The notes beneath the pieces were generated by a model. It worked only from the letters and a program-made list of their open reading frames with translations. It was not told the origin of the DNA and did no database searches. Shown one piece after another: positions 25,255-34,447 of a stretch of 64,000 bases of DNA. Origin of the DNA: Lachnospiraceae bacterium UBA7182 (GTDB taxonomy: Bacteria > Bacillota > Clostridia > Lachnospirales > Lachnospiraceae); the NCBI GenBank assembly GCA_002491115.1, contig DKVI01000071.1:4618-68617 (forward strand), given 5' to 3'. Both the position numbers and the translations under genes were made by a program. How positions within the stretch are numbered: position 1 is the stretch's first letter; each line of letters begins with the position of its first letter.

Positions 25255-26661
25255 ATGAGGAAAAAAATGACATTCGCGCTGGCATTCTGCAACAGAGGAT
25301 TTATGCCGGGAGAACTGATTTACGGAGCAAGAGAGGATATGATCAAAGCGGTGACAGACGCAGGATACGACTATATTGCCATGAACGCAGAACTGACCCG
25401 TTTTGGCGGCATTGAAACCAGGGATGAGGGACTGCTTTATGCAAAATGGTTAAGAGAACATGAAGGGCAGTATGACGGAGTGATCTTTTCCATGCCGATC
25501 TTTGCTGACGAAAACGGAGCAATCACAGCACTTCAGGATGCAGGAGTTCCCATTCTGATGCAGGCATATCCGGACGAGATTGGTAAAATGGATTTTGCGC
25601 ACAGAAGAGACGCATTCTGCGGGAAATTTTCGGTCACGGATGTATTTACCCAGTATCAGGTGCCCTTTACCGTATTGAAGCCTCATGTGGTTCACCCATT
25701 GTCTGAAAAATTTCAGGAAAATCTGAGAGATTTTGCCGCCATATGCCGTGTTGTAAATGGAATGAAGCGCTGTAATATCGGCTGTATCGGCGCCAGAACC
25801 ACAGCTTTTAAGACGGTTCGTTTTGATGAGATCGCCATGCAAAAATACGGGATCAATGTGGAATCTTTCGACCTGTCCGAACTTATCTTTAAAGTAGGAA
25901 AACTGTCAGATAACGACGAAAAAGTACTGGCGAAAAAAACAGCGTTAGAAGCGTATTCTGATTTTACGGCTGTGCCGAAAGAAAAGAAAAATATACTGTC
26001 AAAAATATCGGTAGTAATCGATGAATATATCTGCACTTACCATCTGGACGCGCTTGCGCTTCGGTGCTGGAATGAGATGGAAGAGATCCTGCGTGTCTGT
26101 CCCTGTGTGCTTCTGTCTGAATTAAACGACCGGGGCATTACCGCTTCCTGTGAGATTGACCTGTGTTCTGCCATCACCATGCGGGCCATGGCGCTGGCCA
26201 GCGAGACGCCCACCACAGTGCTTGACTGGAACAACAATTATGGCGATCAGGAAAATAAGGTGATTCTGTTCCATTGCGGACCGGTGCCGACTTCCCTTAT
26301 GACCGACAAAGGGAAAGTGACCAGCCATAAAATGTTTGATAAGACCGACGCAGGGAGCGGATGCGGAACCTGTGAAGGGCGCATGAAAGCGGGGGATATC
26401 ACAATCTCCAACTGCCAGACCAAAGACGGTAAGATGATCGTATACGCCTCAGAAGCAAAGTTTACGGATGACCCCATTGAAGAAAGTTATTTTGGATGTG
26501 CGGCGGTCTGTGAATTACCGGATATGGAAGATAAAATGATCCGCCTGGCAAGAGGCGGGTTTAAACATCATACTTCAGTAGGCGTCGGACATATGAAGGA
26601 AATATTAAAAGAAGCATTTACCACTTATCTGGGGTATGAATGGGTGGATATCGATGGATAA
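25255..26661 (+). CDS. L-fucose/L-arabinose isomerase family protein
   Basis: About 468 aa. N-terminal FCNRGFMPGEL block and overall similarity to fucose-isomerase-like proteins, judged by eye. ATG at 25255 lies 11 nt after GGAG; the listed start at 25249 is TTG. Confidence 0.6.
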   Translation: MRKKMTFALAFCNRGFMPGELIYGAREDMIKAVTDAGYDYIAMNAELTRFGGIETRDEGLLYAKWLREHEGQYDGVIFSMPIFADENGAITALQDAGVPILMQAYPDEIGKMDFAHRRDAFCGKFSVTDVFTQYQVPFTVLKPHVVHPLSEKFQENLRDFAAICRVVNGMKRCNIGCIGARTTAFKTVRFDEIAMQKYGINVESFDLSELIFKVGKLSDNDEKVLAKKTALEAYSDFTAVPKEKKNILSKISVVIDEYICTYHLDALALRCWNEMEEILRVCPCVLLSELNDRGITASCEIDLCSAITMRAMALASETPTTVLDWNNNYGDQENKVILFHCGPVPTSLMTDKGKVTSHKMFDKTDAGSGCGTCEGRMKAGDITISNCQTKDGKMIVYASEAKFTDDPIEESYFGCAAVCELPDMEDKMIRLARGGFKHHTSVGVGHMKEILKEAFTTYLGYEWVDIDG

Positions 26662-28144
26662 GAGGAAAATAGCAGGGCTTGATATTGGAACTACCGGATG
26701 TAAATGTACCGTATTTGATGAAACAGGTACTGATCTGGGCAATGCATATGCGGAGTATCCGGTTAAAAGAACCATAAGCGGTCATGAAGTGGATGTATCT
26801 TCCATTATGGACGGCGTATATAAAGTTCTTTCTGATATGGCGGAGCGGTATCCGGATATCGGCGGCATCGGAGTTACCAGTTTTGGAGAAACCTTTGTTT
26901 TGACAGACCAGGCAGGGCGGCCGTTGCATACGTCTATGCTGTATACGGACCCCCGGGGGAAAGAAGAGTGTGAAACACTTGTGCGTAAGCTGGGAGCTAA
27001 AAAGATCGCCCATATCACCGGGCTTCGGCCGCATGAGATGTACAGTATTTCCAAACTGATGTGGATGAAAGAACATCAACCGGCTATTTATAAGGAAGCC
27101 GCCTGTATTTTTCTGATCGAGGATTATGTGGTCTATCACCTGACGGGAAAAAGACAGATCGATTATTCTCTTGCCACCAGAACCATGGCGTTTGACATTG
27201 TAACACTTAGTTGGAGCCGGGAGATTTTTGAAGCTGCCGGAATCGATATGGATAAGATGTCCCGGCCGGTGCCAACCGGGACAGATGCAGGACTGATCCT
27301 TAAAAAAGCCGTTCTTCGTACCGGGCTGTCACCGGATACACATATTATATCTGTCAGCCATGACCAGGTAGCGGCAGCGGTGGGCGCAGGCGCCTTTGAT
27401 TCGTCTGTAGCAGTGGACGGGGCAGGAACTGTAGAATGTGTGACACCTGTCTATGACCGGCTTCCGGATGTAGATGTGATGTATCGCGGGTATTTTTCCA
27501 TCGTTCCTTATGTAATTCCGGGGAAATATGTTGCATATGCTTTTTCTTATACAGGCGGCGCGCTGATTCAGTGGTGTACGAAGACGCTGGCAAAAAAGGA
27601 AATGGAGCTGGCCAAAGCCAGGGGGATCTCTGTGAATGAATATCTGGAAAAGTATCCTGGCCCTACGGGACTTCTGGTGCTTCCGCATTTTGCGGGAGCG
27701 GCGACTCCTTATATGGATACCGGTTCCAAAGGCGCAATTCTGGGACTTACGGCGGACACTTCGGTGGAAGAAATATATCGTGCCTGTATGGAAGGCGTTG
27801 TATATGAAATGTATCTGAATATAAAAGCGCTGGAAGGTTCCGGAAGTTGTTTTACCCGGATGCACGCCACCGGCGGCGGCGCGCGTTCCGGAGAATGGAT
27901 GCAGATGAAAGCAGATATTCTGAATCTCCCGGTTACTGCGCTGGCAACTGCGGATGCGGGTACTGTCGGCTGTGCCATGCTGACCGGCATTGCCATCGGG
28001 ATGTTCAAAGATCTGAAAGACGCGGCGAACCACATGGTGACAGAGACAAAGACATATAGGCCAAGACCGCAAATGCACGAAAAATATATGGAAATTTACC
28101 TGCGGTATGAAAAGCTGTATCAGGCAGTCAGACCGCTTGTATAG
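26654..28144 (+). CDS. FGGY-family carbohydrate kinase
   Basis: GLDIGTTGCKCTVFD phosphate-1 motif and the later TGGGARS motif. Start overlaps the upstream stop by 8 nt. Confidence 0.85.
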   Translation: MDKRKIAGLDIGTTGCKCTVFDETGTDLGNAYAEYPVKRTISGHEVDVSSIMDGVYKVLSDMAERYPDIGGIGVTSFGETFVLTDQAGRPLHTSMLYTDPRGKEECETLVRKLGAKKIAHITGLRPHEMYSISKLMWMKEHQPAIYKEAACIFLIEDYVVYHLTGKRQIDYSLATRTMAFDIVTLSWSREIFEAAGIDMDKMSRPVPTGTDAGLILKKAVLRTGLSPDTHIISVSHDQVAAAVGAGAFDSSVAVDGAGTVECVTPVYDRLPDVDVMYRGYFSIVPYVIPGKYVAYAFSYTGGALIQWCTKTLAKKEMELAKARGISVNEYLEKYPGPTGLLVLPHFAGAATPYMDTGSKGAILGLTADTSVEEIYRACMEGVVYEMYLNIKALEGSGSCFTRMHATGGGARSGEWMQMKADILNLPVTALATADAGTVGCAMLTGIAIGMFKDLKDAANHMVTETKTYRPRPQMHEKYMEIYLRYEKLYQAVRPLV

Positions 28145-28168
28145 ACTGCGTACAACAGGAGGACAATT

Positions 28169-29140
28169 ATGAATCCTTATATAGGGCATAGCTCACAGTT
28201 AAGCGGTGTAGAAGAACACCGTCTGGTGGGCGGAAAAGGCGACGGAATGCGCCTGTATGAAATAACAAACGGAAAAGGCCTGGAATTGACGGTCACACCG
28301 GACCGTAATGGGGATATCAGCCGGCTGCGCTGCGGTGGTATAAATCTGAGTTATCTGTCTCCCTGCGGCTATGTGGCTCCGGCATATTATGATAAAACCG
28401 GATCTAACTGGTTAAATTCCTTTACGGCAGGTTTCCTGACCACCTGCGGACTGCAGGCAGTAGGAAGCCCCTGTATCGATGAGGGAGAAGAACTTCCTCT
28501 TCATGGATCTGTCGCTAATCTTCCCTGTGAATACAGTTATTGGGAGGAAACAGAAGATGCGGTCTGTCTTTATACGCAGACCAAAGACGAAGTAATATTT
28601 GGCCGTAAGCTGACTTTAAAACGCACCATAATTATCTCAAAAAAAGAAAACAGTTTTGCGATTACAGATGAGATCCAGAATACAGGAGATCAGACGGAAC
28701 CTGTGGAGATCCTTTACCATATGAATATGGGATATCCTCTGCTGGATGAAGACAGTATACTTGTGATCCCGTCAAAAGAGGTGCTGCCCAGAGATGAGCA
28801 TGCGGCAAAAGATATCGAAAACTGGATGCATATGGAGAAGCCTCAGGCAGGGTACCGGGAGAGATGTTATTATCACCGGTTTGCGGATGATAAAGGAACG
28901 GCGAAGATCTTTCAGCCCAAACTAAATACAGGGGTGGAAATCACATTTGACGCGGCGAAGCTGGACGGTTTTGTGGAATGGAAGATGATGGGCGTCCGGG
29001 ACTATGTGCTGGGCCTGGAATGCGGCAACTGTTATCCGGATGGCAGAGATGTTATGAGAAGGACAGGAATGCTGAAATTTCTGAAACCGGGAGAAAAGAA
29101 AGTATACACAGTACATGTTTCAATTATAAAACATTTATAA
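28169..29140 (+). CDS. aldose-1-epimerase-like (DUF4432) protein
   Basis: Beta-sandwich mutarotase-like blocks (LPLHGSVANLP, YHMNMGYPLL). Last gene of the sugar operon. Confidence 0.6.
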   Translation: MNPYIGHSSQLSGVEEHRLVGGKGDGMRLYEITNGKGLELTVTPDRNGDISRLRCGGINLSYLSPCGYVAPAYYDKTGSNWLNSFTAGFLTTCGLQAVGSPCIDEGEELPLHGSVANLPCEYSYWEETEDAVCLYTQTKDEVIFGRKLTLKRTIIISKKENSFAITDEIQNTGDQTEPVEILYHMNMGYPLLDEDSILVIPSKEVLPRDEHAAKDIENWMHMEKPQAGYRERCYYHRFADDKGTAKIFQPKLNTGVEITFDAAKLDGFVEWKMMGVRDYVLGLECGNCYPDGRDVMRRTGMLKFLKPGEKKVYTVHVSIIKHL

Positions 29141-29152
29141 CAGTGGTGGGAT

Positions 29153-29250
29153 ACATAATATTTTTATGTAAATTAACAAAGCTCTGATGTGTATTGCATC
29201 GGAGTTTTTTGATATGGGTCGGAAGATACATTTACATAATATTTTTATGT
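29153..29250. repeat. two identical 18-bp palindromic motifs flanking the operon terminator
   Basis: TACATAATATTTTTATGT occurs at 29152-29169 and 29233-29250. Each contains the inverted repeat ACATAA-N5-TTATGT. A hairpin CTCTGATG...CATCGGAG + T6 (29182-29210) lies between them. Confidence 0.8.
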
Positions 29251-29370
29251 TAATATGTAATAGCTTTAATAAATAGAAACCGCGGTTACGATCGGGGAAG
29301 GAACTTATCTTGACGCAGCAAGCGAAAAGACGTATGCTATCAGGGAAGAAATAAAAGCAGAGGTACAGAC

Positions 29371-30312
29371 ATGTTGGATAATTTTATCATTGCAGTAGAA
29401 GCAGTACTTCCGGTATTTCTACTGATTCTGCTGGGAATGGGCGCAAAGAGGCTTGCGCCGCTTACGGACACAGAATTAAAACATGTGAATAACGCCATTT
29501 TTCAGGTTATGTTCCCTTTTATGATGTTCCATAATATTTATTCGGCTGATTTTTCCGGCGTTTTGATTCCGTTTTACTTTATTTTTTGTCTGTCGATGCT
29601 TCTTTTGGTGTATTTTCTTGGCGTAGTGTTCGCGCTTATGACGGAAAAAGAGAATAAAAGCCGGGGCGCTTTCATCCAGGCAGTCTATCGGGGAAATTTT
29701 GTATTGATGGGACTTCCGGTTATGCAGAACCTGATGGGAGAGGAGGCCATGGGACTTACAACAATTATGCTGGCGGTTATCGTTCCTGTTTATAATGTAC
29801 TGGCAGTCATTACGCTGGAAGTATTTCGCGGAGGGAAAGCCAGCCCGTCTCACATTCTGAGAAAAATTATAAAAAATCCCCTGATTCTTGGGGCGGCAGC
29901 CGGGATTCTGGCAGTCATCCTGAAAGCGGAAATCCCGGCTGTAGTTGTAAAACCTGTAAGTCAGGTGGCGTCAGCAGCGACTCCGTCGGCACTTCTGGTT
30001 CTGGGCGCTTCATTTCGTTTTGGCAGTGTCCGGGATCATCTAAGAAGCATTGTCTGCGGCGTTGTCGGCAAACTGATTGTAAGTCCTGCGATTGCAGTGT
30101 TGACAGGATACGCCCTTGGATTGCGGGGCATACCATTGGCTCTTTTGATTGTAATGTTTGGGGCGCCCTGCGCAGTATCCAGCTACACGATGGCGCAGCA
30201 GATGGACAGCAATGCGGAACTGGCGGCGGGATGCCTGATTTTTTCTTCTTTATTTTCCTGTGTAACGATCTGCGGGTGGATCTTTTTGATGAAACAGATG
30301 GGGGCTGTCTGA
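29371..30312 (+). CDS. AEC (auxin efflux carrier) family transporter
   Basis: 313 aa, about 10 TM helices. N-terminal AVLPVFLLILLGMGAKR motif typical of the AEC/malate-permease family. Confidence 0.7.
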   Translation: MLDNFIIAVEAVLPVFLLILLGMGAKRLAPLTDTELKHVNNAIFQVMFPFMMFHNIYSADFSGVLIPFYFIFCLSMLLLVYFLGVVFALMTEKENKSRGAFIQAVYRGNFVLMGLPVMQNLMGEEAMGLTTIMLAVIVPVYNVLAVITLEVFRGGKASPSHILRKIIKNPLILGAAAGILAVILKAEIPAVVVKPVSQVASAATPSALLVLGASFRFGSVRDHLRSIVCGVVGKLIVSPAIAVLTGYALGLRGIPLALLIVMFGAPCAVSSYTMAQQMDSNAELAAGCLIFSSLFSCVTICGWIFLMKQMGAV

Positions 30313-30421
30313 CCATATATTTATTTTAAAAAGTATAGTATCGGCGTTTTGTCTCATAGACAAATAAGAAAAAATGGATTACAATAAATATTGATATCAT
30401 AATAAATATAAGGAGGATGTT

Positions 30422-31099
30422 ATGAAATACGAAATAAAAGGCGGCGTTTTTCCGGTGGTGGTATGCGAACTGGAAAGCGGAGAGAAAATGATCACCGAAA
30501 AAGGCTCCATGGTATGGATGACTCCGAACATGGAGATGCAGACAGTGGGCGGCGGAGCAGGGAAAATGTTTTCCAAAGTCCTTTCCGGCGAAAGTATGTT
30601 CCAGAATATTTATACGGCAAAAGGCGCGGGAATGATCGCATTCGGTTCCAGTTTTCCGGGGAAGATCCTGCCGCTTACTGTAGCGCCCGGACAGGAATAC
30701 ATCATGCAGAAAAGTGCGTTTCTGGCTTCTGAAGAAGGAGTCAAATTATCGGTTCATTTTAATAAAAAAGCCGGCGCAGGTTTCTTCGGTGGAGAAGGTT
30801 TCATCATGCAGAAATTATCCGGCTCCGGAACAGTCTTTGCCGAAGTGGACGGCGATCTGGTAGAATATGAACTGGGATCAGGACAACAGATGATCGTGGA
30901 CACCGGAAATGTAATGGGATTTGAATCCAGCGTGTCCATCGACATCCAGCAGGTCAAAGGTCTGAAGAACAAACTGCTGGGCGGAGAAGGATTTTTCAAT
31001 ACTGTTCTCACAGGCCCGGGGAAGATATGGCTCCAGACAATGCCGATTTCCAGCGTAGCCATGTCCATCCGCCCGTATATTCCGTCGGGAAATGCGTAA
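30422..31099 (+). CDS. TIGR00266/AIM24 family protein
   Basis: MKYEIKGGVFPVVVCELESGEKMITEKGSMVWM and the GEGFIMQKLSGSG / GGEGFF blocks are characteristic of the family. Confidence 0.75.
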   Translation: MKYEIKGGVFPVVVCELESGEKMITEKGSMVWMTPNMEMQTVGGGAGKMFSKVLSGESMFQNIYTAKGAGMIAFGSSFPGKILPLTVAPGQEYIMQKSAFLASEEGVKLSVHFNKKAGAGFFGGEGFIMQKLSGSGTVFAEVDGDLVEYELGSGQQMIVDTGNVMGFESSVSIDIQQVKGLKNKLLGGEGFFNTVLTGPGKIWLQTMPISSVAMSIRPYIPSGNA

Positions 31100-31160
31100 A
31101 AAAACGGATTGCAATATATGGATAAAATGAAAGGCGGCGCATCAGCAGGGAGGAGCCACT

Positions 31161-32470
31161 ATGGGAATGTTTTTAAACAGTATTGTTCCTTCGGAAAATT
31201 ATAAAGAGATAGCCAGAACCAGGTTTTTTGTTGATAAAACATCACTGATTGATGAAATCATTTATTCAATGGAAAATGATGGTCGTAAATTTCTCTGTAT
31301 TACCAGGCCGCGCCGTTTTGGCAAAAGTATTATGGCCAATATGCTGAGCGCCTTCTTTGGAAAAAACGGCGATGGGAGAGAGGTTTTTGGTAAACTTAAG
31401 ATTTCAAAATCAGAAAATTTTGAAAAATATTTAAATAATTTTGATGTTATTTACATTGACGGCAGCGCGGTTCCCAGAGACTGCAAAAATTATAAAGAGT
31501 ACATTCATTTTATTCAAAACGGAATGAATCAGGATCTGGCAGATGCCTATCCGGAATATGGCATTATTCCCGACAGCGCTGTCTGGGAATCTATGACTAA
31601 AATATTTCAGCAGACAAGGCAAAAATTTCTTTTTATCATAGACGAGTGGGATGCTGTCTTTCATATGCCGTTTATTTCAGATAAAGAAAAACAGGAATAT
31701 CTCCTTTTTTTGAAAACACTGCTAAAAGACAAGGCATATATAAAACTTGTCTATATGACAGGCGTTCTTCCCATCGCCAAATATTCCAGCGGCTCAGAAC
31801 TTAATATGTTCCAGGAATATGATATGGTGACAAGAGTAAAATACGGAGAATATTTTGGATTCCTGGAATCAGAAGTAGATACTCTTTTTGATATTTATCA
31901 GAGAACTACGGATAACCCGGAGATCGAAAGAGCAGATCTGGATACCTGGTATAATGGGTATTATACAAAAAAGGGTACGAGATTGTATAATCCGTGTTCT
32001 GTTGTATATGCACTGGAAGATAATGAACTGGCAAACTATTGGAACAGTTCCGGACCTTATGATGAAATTTTTTACTATATACGCAATAATATTGATGCTG
32101 TACGCGATGACCTGGCTTTAATGATTTCGGGTGAACGGATTGCGAAATAGAATTATCGGCTGTAGTTAATCTGGTGTATTTGTCCGCAAGGGATCACTAC
32201 CGCGTAGAACGTGAGGATAAAGCAGGAGAAGGATATGTGGATTTTATATTTTATCCGGAGCAGACAGATGCAACCGCTTTAATCCTGGAATTAAAAGTAG
32301 ACGGAACACCAGAAGAGGCGATTCAGCAGATCGTAAATAAAAAGTATGCGTTACGTTTCAAAGGCAAATTGGGCGAAAAACCCCGGTTCACAGGAAAAAT
32401 ACTGGCCGCAGGAATCAGTTACAGCAAAAAAACAAAAGAACATCATTGCAAAGTGATAACGCTTTCATAA
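31161..32470 (+). pseudogene. disrupted AAA-ATPase_like / PD-(D/E)xK (PDDEXK_9) fusion gene
   Basis: 31161..32150 encodes the ATPase part ([26 protein letters not shown]). 32174..32470 is in another frame, has no RBS and starts with GTG; it encodes the nuclease end (GEGYVDFIFYPE...LILELKV). About 100 aa are missing relative to the intact paralog 35506..37185. Confidence 0.7.
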
Positions 32471-32547
32471 AAAATTTTGGCAACAACAAATCAGATGCAA
32501 GAACCCCGGACAGTATTCCGAGGTTCTTGTCAAGTGTGTAAATGCAT

Positions 32548-32585
32548 ACAACGCGTCGTAAAACTGCCATTTTGCGACGCGTTGT
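32548..32585 (+). other. long perfect hairpin / inverted repeat immediately upstream of the recombinase gene
   Basis: ACAACGCGTCG (32548-32558) and CGACGCGTTGT (32575-32585) are perfect 11-bp arms. AAAA/TTTT pairs extend the stem inward. A second hairpin CAAGAACC...GGTTCTTG lies at 32498-32529. Confidence 0.8.
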
Positions 32586-32622
32586 AGAGCGCTCTTATTG
32601 CACAGAATAAGGAGGTTTTCCT

Positions 32623-33666
32623 ATGTCTTTATCCTATCACGAACAGATGGATTTGAAGAATATACAGAAAATACGCGAACTTTTGAAAGAACTTCCGGAG
32701 TTTGCGTCTTATTTTTTCCGCGCCATGGAGATAAAAAAGGCTACCAATACACGAAGAAATTATGCATATGATCTGAGTACTTTTTTTTATTTTCTTAAAT
32801 CCGAAAATCCTTATTTCAGAGATAAAGAAATCCGCACACTTCCGGTCTCGATTCTGGATGATATCCGGCCTGTGGATATTGAGGAATACCTCTCTTTCCT
32901 TACCTATTATGTAAAAGACGGACAGGTCTATATCAATCATGAAGAAGGCAAGGCAAGAAAGCTTGCCACTTTAAATACCTTTTTTGCTTATTATCAGAAA
33001 AAAGAGATGATCGAGAGAAATGCTCCCTCTTTTGTGGATGTGCCAAAGATAAAAGAAAAAAACATTATCCGCATGGATGCCAATGAGGTGGCGCAGTTAA
33101 TCGACAATATAGAATCCGGAGAAAAATTATCCAAAAAGCAAAAATCCTGGCATGCCAAAAACAAGCTTCGGGATCTGGCAATCGTAGTCACTCTCTTAGG
33201 AACAGGCCTGCGGGTCACAGAGCTGGTGGGGCTGGATATACAAGATGTGGATTTCGATAACGGATCTCTGCGCGTGATACGAAAAGGCGGCAATGAGGAT
33301 ATCGTCTATTTTGGTGAAGAAGCTGAAGAAATGCTGATAAATTATATGGATGAGCGCAAAAAAATAAAGCCCGAACCCGGACATGAAAACGCCCTTTTTA
33401 TCTCTCAGAATAATACCCGGATATCGGTCCGCTCCGTGGAACGGCTGGTTAAAAAATATGCCTCTACGACTACCGCCAAAAAGATCACGCCCCATAAGCT
33501 TCGCAGTACCTACGGCACTGCCCTCTATCAGGAAACCGGGGATATCTATCTGGTGGCAGACGTGCTTGGGCATAAAAATGTCAATACGACACGGAAGCAT
33601 TATGCTGCCATGAAGGAGGACAACAAACGAAAAGCAGCTCATATTGTGCATCTACGGGAAGAATGA
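32623..33666 (+). CDS. tyrosine site-specific recombinase (XerC/XerD-like, phage integrase family)
   Basis: All catalytic boxes are present: GTGLRVTELVGL (Arg I), HKLRSTYGT (HxxR), LGHKNVNTTRKHY (His/Tyr). AAGGAGG RBS. Confidence 0.85.
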   Translation: MSLSYHEQMDLKNIQKIRELLKELPEFASYFFRAMEIKKATNTRRNYAYDLSTFFYFLKSENPYFRDKEIRTLPVSILDDIRPVDIEEYLSFLTYYVKDGQVYINHEEGKARKLATLNTFFAYYQKKEMIERNAPSFVDVPKIKEKNIIRMDANEVAQLIDNIESGEKLSKKQKSWHAKNKLRDLAIVVTLLGTGLRVTELVGLDIQDVDFDNGSLRVIRKGGNEDIVYFGEEAEEMLINYMDERKKIKPEPGHENALFISQNNTRISVRSVERLVKKYASTTTAKKITPHKLRSTYGTALYQETGDIYLVADVLGHKNVNTTRKHYAAMKEDNKRKAAHIVHLREE

Positions 33667-34431
33667 TTCCTTCATTTTATCATAATTTTTGTCTTTTCCC
33701 CGGGGAACGGCAAATATAACCTGTTCAAAGCAGCGGTGTGTGGTGGTCAGATACTCCTTAAAGATCTCTGCCACTTCTGCTGCATCCTGCCCGAAGACGC
33801 CGCACCCGAAAGCGCCCAGAATCAGGATATCGACTTCCTGTTCTTTCGCAATATCCAGCACAAACCGGATACGGGAGCGGAGCACTTCTGTATTTTCTTC
33901 TTTGGTAACCTTCTGGTAACGCCTCGCTGCCGACTTATTCGGCGCGGCGCAGGTGATGACATCGCAGGGCAAAGCAAGGCCGTCTTTAAAAAACAGCACA
34001 TCCGGCGAATACAGTCCGCGGTTTTTGTATAAAGCCCGGTTTTTATTTTGTTTGTTCCATTCATAATAGGCGGTCATTTCCACCAATACATTATAAAGAA
34101 AGGATTCAAAGCACAGACTCTCTTCCTGCGCCTTGCTTCCATTTATAAACATACCGCCCGGATTCTTAAAAGAGGCAAAATTCAGGACAGCCGTTCTCTT
34201 ATCCGCTCTTTTGTATTCCTTGATGGCAGATACACTGTCCAGATCAGATATCAGAATTTCTGTTGTTCTCACAAAATCTTTCTTGCTTGTAAAATTTACA
34301 TCATAAAGCGTTGTGTGCTTGACGGAATCCCTGATCTGGTCTTTGTACTGCTCTTCCATCCTCTGGGTATGCGCTCTCGCCTGTTCGGCCCGCTTTTCTT
34401 TTTCTTCCCAGTTTCCTTTTTTTAATGCCAT
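33652..34431 (-). CDS. TIGR02452-family macrodomain protein (bacterial-type poly(ADP-ribose) glycohydrolase-like)
   Basis: AVLNFASFKNPGGMFINGSKAQEESLC carries the PARG signature GG-X8-QEE. The 3' end overlaps the convergent recombinase gene by 15 nt. Confidence 0.7.
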   Translation of the reverse strand: MALKKGNWEEKEKRAEQARAHTQRMEEQYKDQIRDSVKHTTLYDVNFTSKKDFVRTTEILISDLDSVSAIKEYKRADKRTAVLNFASFKNPGGMFINGSKAQEESLCFESFLYNVLVEMTAYYEWNKQNKNRALYKNRGLYSPDVLFFKDGLALPCDVITCAAPNKSAARRYQKVTKEENTEVLRSRIRFVLDIAKEQEVDILILGAFGCGVFGQDAAEVAEIFKEYLTTTHRCFEQVIFAVPRGKDKNYDKMKESFFP

Positions 34432-34447
34432 TGTTTATTCCCCTTTC

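Noticed and set aside
27329-28189. 286-aa minus-strand ORF inside the FGGY kinase gene. Similar long antisense ORFs occur at 56269-57144, 59870-60601, 34952-35707, 17491-18150, 12726-13265, 50425-51015 and 36694-37293.
   Set aside because: All overlap well-supported genes on the other strand or in another frame. They are Arg/His/Cys-rich with no motifs, the typical composition of antisense frames in moderately GC-rich coding DNA.
32174-32470. Stand-alone 98-aa PD-(D/E)xK nuclease gene
   Set aside because: It has a GTG start with no RBS and lies 23 nt after the stop of the ATPase part, in a different frame. Its sequence begins in the middle of the domain when compared with the intact paralog. 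It is best explained as the 3' part of a frameshifted fusion gene.
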